Below are positions 24,077 through 35,400 of a stretch of DNA of 61,095 nt, one piece after another; the stretch's first letter is position 1; every line of letters starts with the position of its first letter. This stretch comes from a virus (Duplodnaviria > Caudoviricetes). Position numbers and translations under genes: made by a program. The DNA lies in IMG/VR virus record IMGVR_UViG_3300048881_000441, positions 1 through 61,095 of that record. One strand, written 5' to 3'. Under the pieces are notes generated by a model, which saw only the letters and a list, made by a program, of their open reading frames with translations, was not told the origin of the DNA and ran no database searches.

Positions 24077-25363
24077 CTAAAATCCTACGAATTGATAGTT
24101 AAGTCCAAATTTAAAATCATAAGCTGGCCGTTCCCAATAATATAAATATTTACCTTCTGCAAATACGCCTAAATTGTCTTGTATTTTTACACCAAATATG
24201 GCACCTAAATCATAATCATTCCAAGCCATTAGCATTGGCTCCATAAACATAAATTCATGCGGCTCCTTATTTTCGTTTAAATGTTTTTCATATGCTGCTC
24301 CATTATGATATGAATATTTATCATGTCCGTAATGATAGGGAAGATAATTACCCCAAGCATGCATCCACCAATTTTCTGCATAATAATACCAGTCAACTCC
24401 TAATACTAATGATGTTTCTTTCTGAAATCCAATATTCTTTTGTACATCTTTAATATAATCTTCTAACATTCCAGGAAAATGGTACACAAAAAACTCTCTG
24501 TCGGTATATGCGAATACATTACCATCAGCATCTCTCCATAACCAATCATGTCCCCAATACTCACCTTGACCATTCCAAAAAGGACCTTCTCCTTCAACTG
24601 GTACCCACTCACCATTTCTGTATTCTAATAGTTCGGTATGAATCCAATTTCCATCTTCATCAATAGCATTCACATCACCCCATTGGTTATCATCAACACC
24701 AAAAGCATCCTCAGCAAAATCCCACCATGAACCTCTATACCATGTGGTATCCAATATCATAGCATCAAATCCATATACTGGATGTTGTCTATGTTTAGCA
24801 CCAATACTGAAATTGACTTTGTTTCCTAATGCTTCAGGCGTCCATTTAAATCTCAAATCACCTTGACCATAATTAATATCTTCCAATCCTAATTCTGTCC
24901 AGCCAAGCTTTGCAATGAACCAATTACCAACATATCTTATCCAATATTCTTGATTTAAATACTCATTTCCCCATTGGCGCCCTTGAGACCATTTAATTAA
25001 ATATTCGTAACCCTTAACAGGTCCAAATGTTGCCATCTCATTTGTTGCTTGCTCAGAACCATCATACCAAGTACCACCATTTCCTGCGTTCTTAACACCT
25101 CGTTTTGGCTCATATTTAAACCTACCAATTTTTCTCAATCCAAATGATTTTTGAAAATCGGGTTTTAATTCCCCATCAGTTCTTTCAACTTCTAAATCAC
25201 CAGTAGACAATCCCCCAACGATAGCAAATTTATCATCTTGATATCTTGGTGCATTTAAGCTAAAGCTAGCATATGCTGTAGAATATTTAAAAAACTTCCA
25301 AATTTCTGTTTCTGCAAACAAAGATGAGGTTAGTAGTAACCCAATACACATTTTCTTTAACAT
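24077..25363 (-). CDS. Predicted outer-membrane beta-barrel protein
   Basis: Signal peptide (SSLFA); aromatic/Gly-rich amphipathic strands; ends DFKFGLNYQFVGF with a terminal Phe. Confidence 0.65.
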   Translation of the reverse strand: MLKKMCIGLLLTSSLFAETEIWKFFKYSTAYASFSLNAPRYQDDKFAIVGGLSTGDLEVERTDGELKPDFQKSFGLRKIGRFKYEPKRGVKNAGNGGTWYDGSEQATNEMATFGPVKGYEYLIKWSQGRQWGNEYLNQEYWIRYVGNWFIAKLGWTELGLEDINYGQGDLRFKWTPEALGNKVNFSIGAKHRQHPVYGFDAMILDTTWYRGSWWDFAEDAFGVDDNQWGDVNAIDEDGNWIHTELLEYRNGEWVPVEGEGPFWNGQGEYWGHDWLWRDADGNVFAYTDREFFVYHFPGMLEDYIKDVQKNIGFQKETSLVLGVDWYYYAENWWMHAWGNYLPYHYGHDKYSYHNGAAYEKHLNENKEPHEFMFMEPMLMAWNDYDLGAIFGVKIQDNLGVFAEGKYLYYWERPAYDFKFGLNYQFVGF

Positions 25364-25381
25364 CTGTTTTCTCCTATTATA

Positions 25382-26452
25382 TTAAATATCAAATCTTATT
25401 ACAAAAGATAAGGCTAACTCAGGATCGTTTCTAATTGGTCTAGAAGTTTTTGCAATAGCTAATAGATCTCCAAAATCATTATATAAGCCTACTGTTGTAA
25501 TGTATGGTGCAAAAAAAGAATGTGTAACCATATTATCAGCCGCAGGTGCTGAAGTGTATCCTGATGTTTTGTAAGCAAACTCAGCGGGTGCCAAAATTTG
25601 TCGTAATACATCTATATCGTGTGCTGAAGATGAAGGTATTGTTATGCTACCACTTCTCTCCTTTGTAGCACTTATATTCATTGTTCCATTATATCTTTCA
25701 CTTGGAATTATACATGTATATTCATGTTCATAAATTGTTCTTGTTGAATCAAACTTTAATTTCCAACCAGTACCTCCAGACCCACCTGCTACATTTGTGT
25801 AACGACTACCTGTTGTAGAAATCATAATTAAACCATGATCATATGAGACTACACCAAGTGCAGAACCTGATCCATCTGCAGTCGGTGTACCAGAATTAAA
25901 TTCTGTTTCGTATGCTGAATCATATAAGTTTCCGTAACCATCGTCTTTAACTACTATAGCAGAACCAAAAGAGTAATCTGTAAGCTCAATTGAACCAGAC
26001 ATTACTCCTTCACCAAAAATTTTCTGAGGTATACTAATAACATTAACATCATTATAAATTTTTCTTAAACCTAGTTCTTCATAAGACCCTGACCCAGATG
26101 TTGCTGGATGCCCAAATGGAATATGATTTGAATCTAAAACATGTTGTGGCTGAGGTGCATTATATAATCTATTATCTGAATGTGCAAATTCAAAGAAATT
26201 TAATTTTATTTGTCTGTATAACGGTTCTTTATAAACTTTAATAACTTCACCTTTAGAATTGGTGAATGTATTGACTGGTGATGTTGCTGTGCTAAATCCT
26301 GGATTCCCTATCATACTACCAGTAGTTGCATGCAAAGGCATAATATCTAAGTCTGTAGAAGTATCTACACCACCATAATACTGTACTGAAAATTGTTTAT
26401 GTACTTCGTAAGGTGTTACTGCTTTATCTTGTTGTCTAATTGGTGTGAACAT
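25382..26452 (-). CDS. Tail/baseplate structural protein (paralogue of 26514-27536)
   Basis: C-terminal YITTVGLYNDFGDLLAIAKTSRPI; lies in the structural cluster. Confidence 0.65.
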   Translation of the reverse strand: MFTPIRQQDKAVTPYEVHKQFSVQYYGGVDTSTDLDIMPLHATTGSMIGNPGFSTATSPVNTFTNSKGEVIKVYKEPLYRQIKLNFFEFAHSDNRLYNAPQPQHVLDSNHIPFGHPATSGSGSYEELGLRKIYNDVNVISIPQKIFGEGVMSGSIELTDYSFGSAIVVKDDGYGNLYDSAYETEFNSGTPTADGSGSALGVVSYDHGLIMISTTGSRYTNVAGGSGGTGWKLKFDSTRTIYEHEYTCIIPSERYNGTMNISATKERSGSITIPSSSAHDIDVLRQILAPAEFAYKTSGYTSAPAADNMVTHSFFAPYITTVGLYNDFGDLLAIAKTSRPIRNDPELALSFVIRFDI

Positions 26453-26470
26453 ACGTATCCCATGTTTACA

Positions 26471-26478
26471 ATAAATAT
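26471..26478 (-). promoter_or_regulatory. Putative late promoter motif ATATTTAT
   Basis: ~19 nt upstream of ATG 26452. Confidence 0.6.
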
Positions 26479-26513
26479 TCTACAACAATTAAAATAAAAT
26501 GGTAACCTTTGAA

Positions 26514-27536
26514 TTAGAAGTCTAATCTTACTTTAATTAATGCTTCTCTACTAGATGATTTTAATATTGGTCTAGAAAGTTTAGCAACTGCTAACAATTC
26601 ATTGGCACCGTTGTAAAGACCAACTGTAGAAATATAAGATTGTGGATCAGTTCGAAATGAAGGTACTGTTAATGTATTATCTGATGATGTAAAGTACGTA
26701 GGATTCTGACTATGATTATACATGTCATGATGAACTCTACAGAAATAATGTGTAGATCTTATTGATTCTTCCCTTCTAGATGAGAAATAAGATCCTTCCT
26801 GTATAGCTCGAACAAACCTCGCTGAATTATTATCATCAGCATTAGTACTGACAGCATAGCCACTTAAAAAAGTTGCCCCACCTAATGCAGTAGCATCAAG
26901 TATAACTACTCCTGATTCTGGATAAAACTTACCGAATGAATTGTTACCAATGCCCGCTGGTGATGTTGCAGTACCAGAAGCAATAGAGCCAGAAATTACA
27001 TTAAATTCTCTTGTTGTGCTTTTAACTGTAGGATCACTTGTTGCACCACTGTTATCAATAAGTTTTAGAAAACCAAAAGCTGAGCCAGATAAATGTAGTT
27101 CCCAATTACCTGGATCCATTTTTTCTTTAAGTCGACCACGATTTATAGAAATTGCGAATATTTCTTGTGATGATGTAACTCCTGCATCACCATCTAATTG
27201 AAAGTATTCTGTATTTTGTGGTAATAATAAATTTCTAAATTGTCTATAAATTGCTTTTGATGCTGCATAATCTGCGTCGCCAGTTTTTGAACCGGATCCT
27301 GCGTAGTTACCGTAAGCAGCAGAAAATTGTACAGAAGCAGTAGCATCTGTGCCAACAGCTCCTTGATAGACATCTAAATAATACTGTCCTGTGCTTCCGC
27401 TCTGAACAGAAGATGTATGAAAACTAGTTAGTGTTCCGACTCCGCCTGACCACATCCCTGAAGACACAATGCTTATCTGACTTGTGATCTTGTCATTTTC
27501 TTCGATTGATGTAAATATACCTTGTTGTGTTGCCAT
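26514..27536 (-). CDS. Tail/baseplate structural protein
   Basis: C-terminal YISTVGLYNGANELLAVAKLSRPI...VRLDF, like the C-half of tail-collar/fibre (DUF3751-type) domains. Confidence 0.65.
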   Translation of the reverse strand: MATQQGIFTSIEENDKITSQISIVSSGMWSGGVGTLTSFHTSSVQSGSTGQYYLDVYQGAVGTDATASVQFSAAYGNYAGSGSKTGDADYAASKAIYRQFRNLLLPQNTEYFQLDGDAGVTSSQEIFAISINRGRLKEKMDPGNWELHLSGSAFGFLKLIDNSGATSDPTVKSTTREFNVISGSIASGTATSPAGIGNNSFGKFYPESGVVILDATALGGATFLSGYAVSTNADDNNSARFVRAIQEGSYFSSRREESIRSTHYFCRVHHDMYNHSQNPTYFTSSDNTLTVPSFRTDPQSYISTVGLYNGANELLAVAKLSRPILKSSSREALIKVRLDF

Positions 27537-27557
27537 TCTAAGCTCTCCTATTCGCTA

Positions 27558-27565
27558 ATAAATAT
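27558..27565 (-). promoter_or_regulatory. Putative late promoter motif ATATTTAT
   Basis: ~22 nt upstream of ATG 27536. Confidence 0.6.
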
Positions 27566-27592
27566 TACCGAATTTAGTTTTTATTTTATATC

Positions 27593-27904
27593 TTATTTCG
27601 GATTTACTGTGACCTTAACTTCTTTTGTCACCCCAGAATTTATACCAGTTATTTTTATTGTTACTTCTTGTGCAGTTGCAACATATTTTGATACCAATGT
27701 CACAGCATTACCTGTAATAGTTTGTGGACTTCCAATTGGTTTACCTAATCCTGGCTTTTTTGGTTTCCTAATAAAGGGCACATTTGGTTTTTTGCTTATT
27801 AGTCCAGGCGTTTTTCTTGCTTTTCTTTTCGCATTTGATATTAGAGCATCTGTATTTTTCTTAGATTTTGAAGATTTTCCAGATCGATTTTTTGTTTTTG
27901 GCAT
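27593..27904 (-). CDS. Basic protein carrying the C-terminal domain of a split tail protein
   Basis: QTITGNAVTL...IKITGINSGVTKEVKVTV aligns with the C-terminus of 28733-29389; in frame with the upstream ORF. Confidence 0.6.
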   Translation of the reverse strand: MPKTKNRSGKSSKSKKNTDALISNAKRKARKTPGLISKKPNVPFIRKPKKPGLGKPIGSPQTITGNAVTLVSKYVATAQEVTIKITGINSGVTKEVKVTVNPK

Positions 27905-27913
27905 TATGTATCC

Positions 27914-28720
27914 TTACTTCTTACCAGATGATTTATCATCTGTATCTATACCAGATGATTTATTATCTGTATCTAATAATAGTTTTCCTCTCCAGATAGA
28001 ATAATTAAAGTTTTGGTATTGAGTATTTGCCCATTGTCCATGTGCTGTAACGTTATAGCCTTTACCACCTGCCTTAATTGATTCAATTAAATATTCACCA
28101 TTATTTTCTGGCCAGTAATTTGATTGTACTCGTATTACATCCTCTGGCATCGCATCAAAAACTGTATCTAGTTGAAATACAACTTTGTTATTTGGAAGCA
28201 TGGTACCAAAAAGACCTTTAGCTCCTCCAGGCACAATTAAATTAGGATCATCAATAGGGGAGTCAGTTCCATCATCAGATGCAGATGCCTTATAGGCACC
28301 AACAAATAATTCTACATATAAATCATCTGAAAGTTCGAATATGTAATCTTCAACCTCACCTCCCATTCCTGCAGTACTTGGTGCTATATAAATAGATGCA
28401 TTCTCACCCGATAACGAAATCGTTTTAGGGATACTTGCGTCCATAGTAGGTGTTTCTTTTGTTCCTGGCGGAAGTGTGATTAATTTATATTGTAATGCAA
28501 TATCTGCTTTTTGTGATGCTTCTAAAATTGGCATATTTTCTATTTGTATGCCATAATAATTTGGCCCATTAGAATTAGATTCATTATATAATCTATAATC
28601 AATTTCATCATCACCTAACGCAAATTTTTCAATATCAAAGGAGTTAGAGGATAATCTCTCTCTTCCCTTGTTTGTTAAAATTGCATCAACAATCAAAGTA
28701 GATCTATCTAAAAATGCCAT
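27914..28720 (-). CDS. Tail/baseplate protein (N-terminal paralogue of 28733-29389)
   Basis: MAFLDRSTLIVDAILTNKGRERL...KFALGDDEIDY...PILE. Confidence 0.65.
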   Translation of the reverse strand: MAFLDRSTLIVDAILTNKGRERLSSNSFDIEKFALGDDEIDYRLYNESNSNGPNYYGIQIENMPILEASQKADIALQYKLITLPPGTKETPTMDASIPKTISLSGENASIYIAPSTAGMGGEVEDYIFELSDDLYVELFVGAYKASASDDGTDSPIDDPNLIVPGGAKGLFGTMLPNNKVVFQLDTVFDAMPEDVIRVQSNYWPENNGEYLIESIKAGGKGYNVTAHGQWANTQYQNFNYSIWRGKLLLDTDNKSSGIDTDDKSSGKK

Positions 28721-28732
28721 TAATTATTTCCC

Positions 28733-29389
28733 TTATGATGCGACATAATCCACAGTTACAGTAATAGCTCTTGTAGCGCCGTATGTTAATCCTGTAATAA
28801 TAATTGTTGTTGTAGCACCTGATTGTGATTCCAAAATTGGTTTTGCTTTTAAATTACATGTATTACCATATACCGTTTGGCTCATGTTTTGAACTGTAGT
28901 TCCGTAGTCAACACTAGAAGGTGATGCATTACCATCTGCAGTTAGATATGCAATTGAAGAATTTAAAATTGTAAAAGAGTATCCATCTTCATCAACGGTA
29001 GCATTACCTGGGAGATTTTTTGAATTTGGGGTAATATCATTTCCACTTCCGGCTGATAGACTAGTATTATTCCATACAACCTTAATAGTATCTTGAATGT
29101 TATCGATACTTGACATTTTATTAGTCCCAGACTCTCTTGTCACCAATTTATATCTCATAGTAGTATTTGCGTTTGCTGTTGGCTCTAGCAATGGGAGTGA
29201 TTCTATTATTTTGCCATAATAATCAGTTCCCAATGGATTTGTTTCATTCCAAAGCGAATAATCTACTTCATCATCTGCAAGAGCAAATTTTGAAATATTA
29301 AATTCGTTTGTACCACGAGCTAACAATTCACGACCCTTCTTTGTTAGCACTGCATCTAAAACTGTCGTAGCATTATTTAGATATCCCAT
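28733..29389 (-). CDS. Tail/baseplate structural protein
   Basis: MGYLNNATTVLDAVLTKKGRELLA...KFALADDEVDY, like the N-half of tail-collar/fibre domains. Confidence 0.65.
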   Translation of the reverse strand: MGYLNNATTVLDAVLTKKGRELLARGTNEFNISKFALADDEVDYSLWNETNPLGTDYYGKIIESLPLLEPTANANTTMRYKLVTRESGTNKMSSIDNIQDTIKVVWNNTSLSAGSGNDITPNSKNLPGNATVDEDGYSFTILNSSIAYLTADGNASPSSVDYGTTVQNMSQTVYGNTCNLKAKPILESQSGATTTIIITGLTYGATRAITVTVDYVAS

Positions 29390-29435
29390 TTTTTCTTCTC
29401 CATGTTTTTGTAATATTTATAGAACATTTCATCTA

Positions 29436-29443
29436 ATAAATAT
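29436..29443 (-). promoter_or_regulatory. Putative late promoter motif ATATTTAT
   Basis: In the gap ~47 nt upstream of ATG 29389. Confidence 0.5.
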
Positions 29444-29456
29444 ACTAAAATTTAGT

Positions 29457-32400
29457 TTATTCCCCACTCAAATCGACAGTTAAATTACTATTGCCACCTT
29501 TTTTATCAACTGTGACTGAGTATGGATTTGTTTCATATATTTCTACTGCCTGAAAAACACCGTCGGGTGATTTAGCTCCATCATTTTTACATCCTTCATA
29601 TGCTAATCTAAAAAGACCTGTATGACTATTATAAACAGATTCATATTCGCTTGCAACTAGCGATGATGAATATGCTAGACCTAATGATGCGCTTAATGAT
29701 GAAGAATAAAAAGGTATTGTCTCTTGATTAAACGATGATTTTTTAGAACCAGTAACCATAGGTTGAAAATTTTCAAAGAATACAGCAGCTCCCCCACCCA
29801 TATAAACTTTAGAATCAATATAGTCACGAGCTTCTGATAGCGGATCATCAAGTGGATCTTTGTTAAGTCCTTTTAATGTGGGCATATAAGTCATTGGCCC
29901 AAGTTCTGAATTAAATTTTTGGGTTTCATATTCATCTCTACTTGACTTGATTAAACCAGCTGATTGTAATGCTATCGTTGCATAATCATGTTGTGATGAT
30001 GTTATTTTGCTCTCAAGTGAAGTATCATAAACTACACCAGTTCTAAATTCGTAAGAACTTTCAAATATTGGGACAACTGATGCAGTTGCTGATGAATAAT
30101 TATTTAAACCGGTGGGCTCTGGGTATATTGCATTAATTTCTGCTGTTTTTGCTATATCTGTAAATATAGGGGGCGCGCCCATAACAACTTTTGGTCTTTC
30201 TAAAAGATGTGATTCTATTAATAAGCCAATATTCTTTTTAGCACGAGCCGGTGATAATTTTCTTATATGATCAAAAAGACTAAGATCATAATATTTTATT
30301 AATTTAATATAATCCCAAAAGCTTGATTGTGTTGTCCATTTTTTCCAATATGTGTCTGTGATTCCATCTAATTTTCCGTGGGTATACCGGTCCTCGTACA
30401 TATCTCGCGGATCTCCAAGATACGATCCAAAATCTAGATCAGCTAATGATAACATGATGTCTTCATTAATAACGTCAGTTGGCGCAAAGAATATTCCCAG
30501 CTTATTAGAATCTAATCCTGCATTATCAAATGAACTTATTTCTACTCTTTCTGTTGGACTTAGTTGTGCTGGTGCACCATCTTGTGTTTTTAGTTGAGCA
30601 CTTTCAAGTCTTATTTTATTAGCTTGAGAGCCAAACCCTATTTTTGGTACAAATGCTTTTTGTCTATCTGAAACATTACTAAAATTAATCTCATCTGCAA
30701 AACCAGAACCTGTAACATATATTTGTCCATCTGTGAATGTGTAATCTCTTAATCCTTTTGGGCTAGAATTTAAATTAATATAATCGTCCATAGATAATCT
30801 AAAACTTAAGTCATAGTATGATGAGCTAGGATTATTTCCATTGACTGCTTTTGGAGCAGCAACATGATTCCAAAATGCATCTTCCTTAAGTGGTGTTGAC
30901 CAATATCTAAATTCCATCATAGATCCACTAAATTGTTCACCTATACTACCATCTGCATTTCCACCAAGATACCATCTATTCGCTGTAGCACTACCTGTTG
31001 TGTACCATCCTGATAATGTACTTCCTGATACTGTCATACTTCCTGATTCTTTTATTTTAATTCGATCCATTCCGGCATCGTAATATCCAAGAAACATATC
31101 AAAACTTTGTGTAGTAGCAGACAAATCATTATCAAAGTATTGATCAGTATAACTATCATCCATGGAGCCTGTTCGTCTTCTAACCATTAATGACCAGTAC
31201 TCGTTATTATAAATTCCCTGATCAGTAATACTCATACTTTGCACACTGTCAGATCCGCTTACAAAAAAGTTAATTTGACCCTTGCCATCAATAGCCTGAT
31301 CAGCAGGCCCTAGCACTGCTGTAGCAATTGCACCACTGCCATCAGGAATATTCTGATGTATTGTTATTGTGGGTACGCTAGTGTAACCAAAACCACCATT
31401 TGTCACAATAATTCCTGTAATTCTACCATTTGTAGGATTTACAGTCGGCGTTCCCGTGGCTCCTGTTCCTCCTCCACCAGAAAATGTTACCCAAGTTTCT
31501 AATGGCAAATAATCTGATCCTACCGCGTCCATAGTCACACTACTTATAGGAGACCCAACTGTTGTCTTAAGATAAATTGCCGCCTCTGTTTTGCCACTGT
31601 TATCAAGTTTATTTGCTAAAATTTGATTTGATTCTTTGGCAACTTTAAATCTCATTTCAATAGTATCAGGTGCTTTTTCTTTTGATGTATGATACCACGG
31701 CACTTGAATAGATTGTCCTCCCTTAAAATCTAATGCCTTAGTAAATTTCTTTTTAATTTCAAAATCAGGTTTACCTGTTGGTCTTGGCCCACCGTATTCT
31801 TGAATTCTTAATATTGATGTTGGAATACCGTATGCTGCAATCAATGATTTTAAACTTTGTTTTGTTCCTTTTGACTTGAGCATATAAGGCATTGTTGCTA
31901 ATATTCTATTCCATATTTCTCGCGTTACATCTTTCTGAGATTTTTTAGTATATCTAATATTATAAATTCCCGTTCTAGAACCTGATTCTGCTAAACCTAA
32001 GTGATATTGGGGAAGCGACACAAGATCTCTACCTTCTATCATATTAAAACCAAGAGACTTTGCTACTGGCTCAACTAGCGCTTGTGATATTCCTTTTGTT
32101 ACATCTTCACTTCTATCGTGTACATCTGACAATGCTTTTATATGCGTCCAAATAATATCATAATGGTGTCCCATCATATCCATAAAATGTAGAAACTCTA
32201 TATTTTCCTTATCAGTATTGATATGCTCTGGTAAAAGATTGACTAATCTATTTCTATTATTTCTGTCATAAAGACGTGCTTTTGCAATTGAACTATCATA
32301 CCATGTTATGAATGCTGAACTAGTAACAGAGTATAACTTATAAGGATTTGTTAGTGTGCCATCTCCGGAGCTTTTAGGAAAAGTATTTGCATAAAATTCC

Positions 32401-35400
32401 CCCATTGAACTTGTAATATAAGTAGAACTTTGAAAGTACATGTAGTTTTCAAAATCATCAAACTCATTAATTACTTTTCTAGTTGAAGTTTCCCACTTAA
32501 TTACTTCTGTACCAGATGCACTTACTGCAGTACCCGCTACATTACCCAAATATCCTGTTGTAGTACCTGTCCCACACAACGATGCACTATTTGTTGTATA
32601 CTGCTCAATATTAGTAATTTTTGTTTTAAAATTATTTATTCTCTTTTCTATAGAACTAAAATGAATAAAGTTTTCATATTGTGAATAATCTATATTAATT
32701 TTGGCATCCTCTAAGCTTCCACTTAAAATTCTATCTTCTAATTTATTCTTCACACCTTTTTCATTTCCAATTAAGTCTGTATGCGATTTATATGCTGTTG
32801 ATCTATCTCTTATTGGTATATTTACGTCTGTCCAGTTTGGCTGTCTTAAAACTGTATCAGGAAGTTTTTCTTCAATAAAAGGATTGAGATCAATTTTTTC
32901 TCTAAGAGTGGGTGTGACTTCCTCAGCAATAAAAACTGTGTCTAATGGAGTAATCCCTGCATCAAGGGGTTTCATCAATTTGTATGCTATGCTTCCTGGG
33001 TATACTTCAGATTTTGTTGGTTTAAAATTTACTATTAATGATTTTGAATGATCATTAGTTATTAAATATGTGTATAAATTATCGGCATCTTTTGATCGAT
33101 ATCGGACAAAGTAATCATCAAAAATAGCTGTTTGTAAATTTATTGCATCTGGGCCAGTCATCACAGCACCAATCTCATTTCCATATTCTTCGTACGTTTT
33201 ATTAAGAACTAATTTTTTCTGTGTTTCAGAATCATTTTGAACATCTAATATTTTTCCTTCATATCTTGCATAAATATTATCAGAACCGCTAGGTTTTGTT
33301 ATATAGTCCACTGAAAATCCTGTGCTAAATGAAGAGTACTTATTTATACTGTAGCTTGATTCAATACCTCCTTGCTCAGCTGATGCTTCAGCATATGTTT
33401 TATCAACTTGAATTCTATTTTCATCAAAGATGTTTGTTATTGTAAATTCTAAATTATCTAATACTGCATTTTCCTGAACTTCCGGACGGAGCAATGATGA
33501 CTTTATAATTGTGATTTCAAACTGATCAACCCAAATTGTTCCAAAGCTGCCATAGTGTCCTCTAGTTTCTATAAAAACATTCATGTCTAGTGCAAAAAAA
33601 TCTGTAATTTCAATTTCAAAACCAACCTTTTCCCATTGATTATATTCTTCGCATATAGGATGATATATTGCTGACGGGCCGCTATTTAGTGCCTCTGTTC
33701 TATAAGACCTTTTATACAGCGTAACATTATCGCCTTCAACTTCATACTGAGTTGCCCAATCAATTGATCCTCCATCACTAATTGTTACCCAATCAGCTAG
33801 TTCTCTACTCCATTTAAAAATACCATCACTAGAAATATTTGTATTTGTTGGGTAGTCATCATAAGAAGGATACCAATCCTCACTTATTAAAAGTGTCCTA
33901 CCGCCTACGACTCCTTTTGTCCTAAAAGCATTTGGACTCATATCATCTTCACCTGGCCACTGTGCTGCTTCTAATCTGGCAGTTGTCCAATATCCTCCAA
34001 ACTCATGGACCCTCACAAAATACCACTTGAACGCTTCAGATTCAGATAGCGTTCCTTCGTCGGTAGTATACCAGCCACCATATCCAACTGCACTGGATCC
34101 TTCGTAACCATAAGTTTGAAGAAAATCAGTAGCAAGCTCTGTCCCCCATTGGTCACCAACTGGCTCTAAATGAGTCGGCATTCTATTTATAAATCCGCCA
34201 GAAGTTGAATAGTCTTCATAAAATACCCCAAAATCATCCTCACCGCCATAGTATAAATGAAATGCATTATCTTCTTCCCATACATCAGAATCAGTGACAG
34301 CTAAAGGATCGGGCGGAGCAAGGTCCATCGATGTCCAGTGATTTAATCCTACCCATAATCCTTTTCTTCCGCCTTGCTCAAAATCAATAGGATCAGATTT
34401 TTGCATCCAACTAATTTTTATTTTATCTCCTGAACGAACGCCATAAGATCCTAATGAGCCAATACCGGACATACCATCTCTAGGATTGTCAATTGAATGA
34501 ATCCCTAAGTTTCTATGCGCGTAAACTGATTTATTAGCAAGTATATCTTCACTTGGCATTTCTCTCCCAAATGCATTACCAGCTGCCCTTCTTGCTGAAA
34601 CAATTTGATCAAAAATATAATCTTGATAATTTAAATCTGGAAAGCACATTGCTACACCACCATTAACACCTTTTCCTGCACGCCATTGTGCATGATAACC
34701 AACATCTGCTGTGCCAACATACCAACCTGACCAGGATAAGCTCGAAATTCCACTTCCCCATCGTCTAATACCCATATCATTTGTAGTTCTTATTGATTGT
34801 GCATTTAATGCCTCATCCGGAAATGGATACAATAATGGATCGCCGCCGGCGTCTCTTTTTAATTGTGAGTATTCATACGCAGCAAGAAGTTCGCCACCTT
34901 GTGTTGTATTACCAGCTGGGCCATTTGCAGCAATCATATCCCATTCATAAATATTTTCAGTATCAATTTCTGATATTGTGAAAGCAGATGACAAGTCTAA
35001 AACAGGGTGTGCTTTATTTATAGTAAGTTTACCACCAAGCATCAATGGTGTAAATGCATCCCCATCTGTTAACTCACCTATAATTATTTTTCCATCCGGG
35101 TCATCAAATTTTAATATAGTATCTACTGCTTGTTCTACAGTTAATTCATCACCACTTCCTGCTCTATGAAATGGTGTTACAACAGTTCCTGCTTCTAATT
35201 GAGCACCTGCTGCCAAGATAGAGTGAACGTTTACATTACTCATATCAAATGGATCCCATATACCGTTTGGCTCCCATATAATTCTCATCATCATTTTCTG
35301 ACTCAAGTTTGTATCTGATAGAGTGAATGTAAAACTTTGTCTTTCCCACTCACCTGTCATTAAAAACCACGGAGAATATTTAGTTGTACCAGACCGCCCC

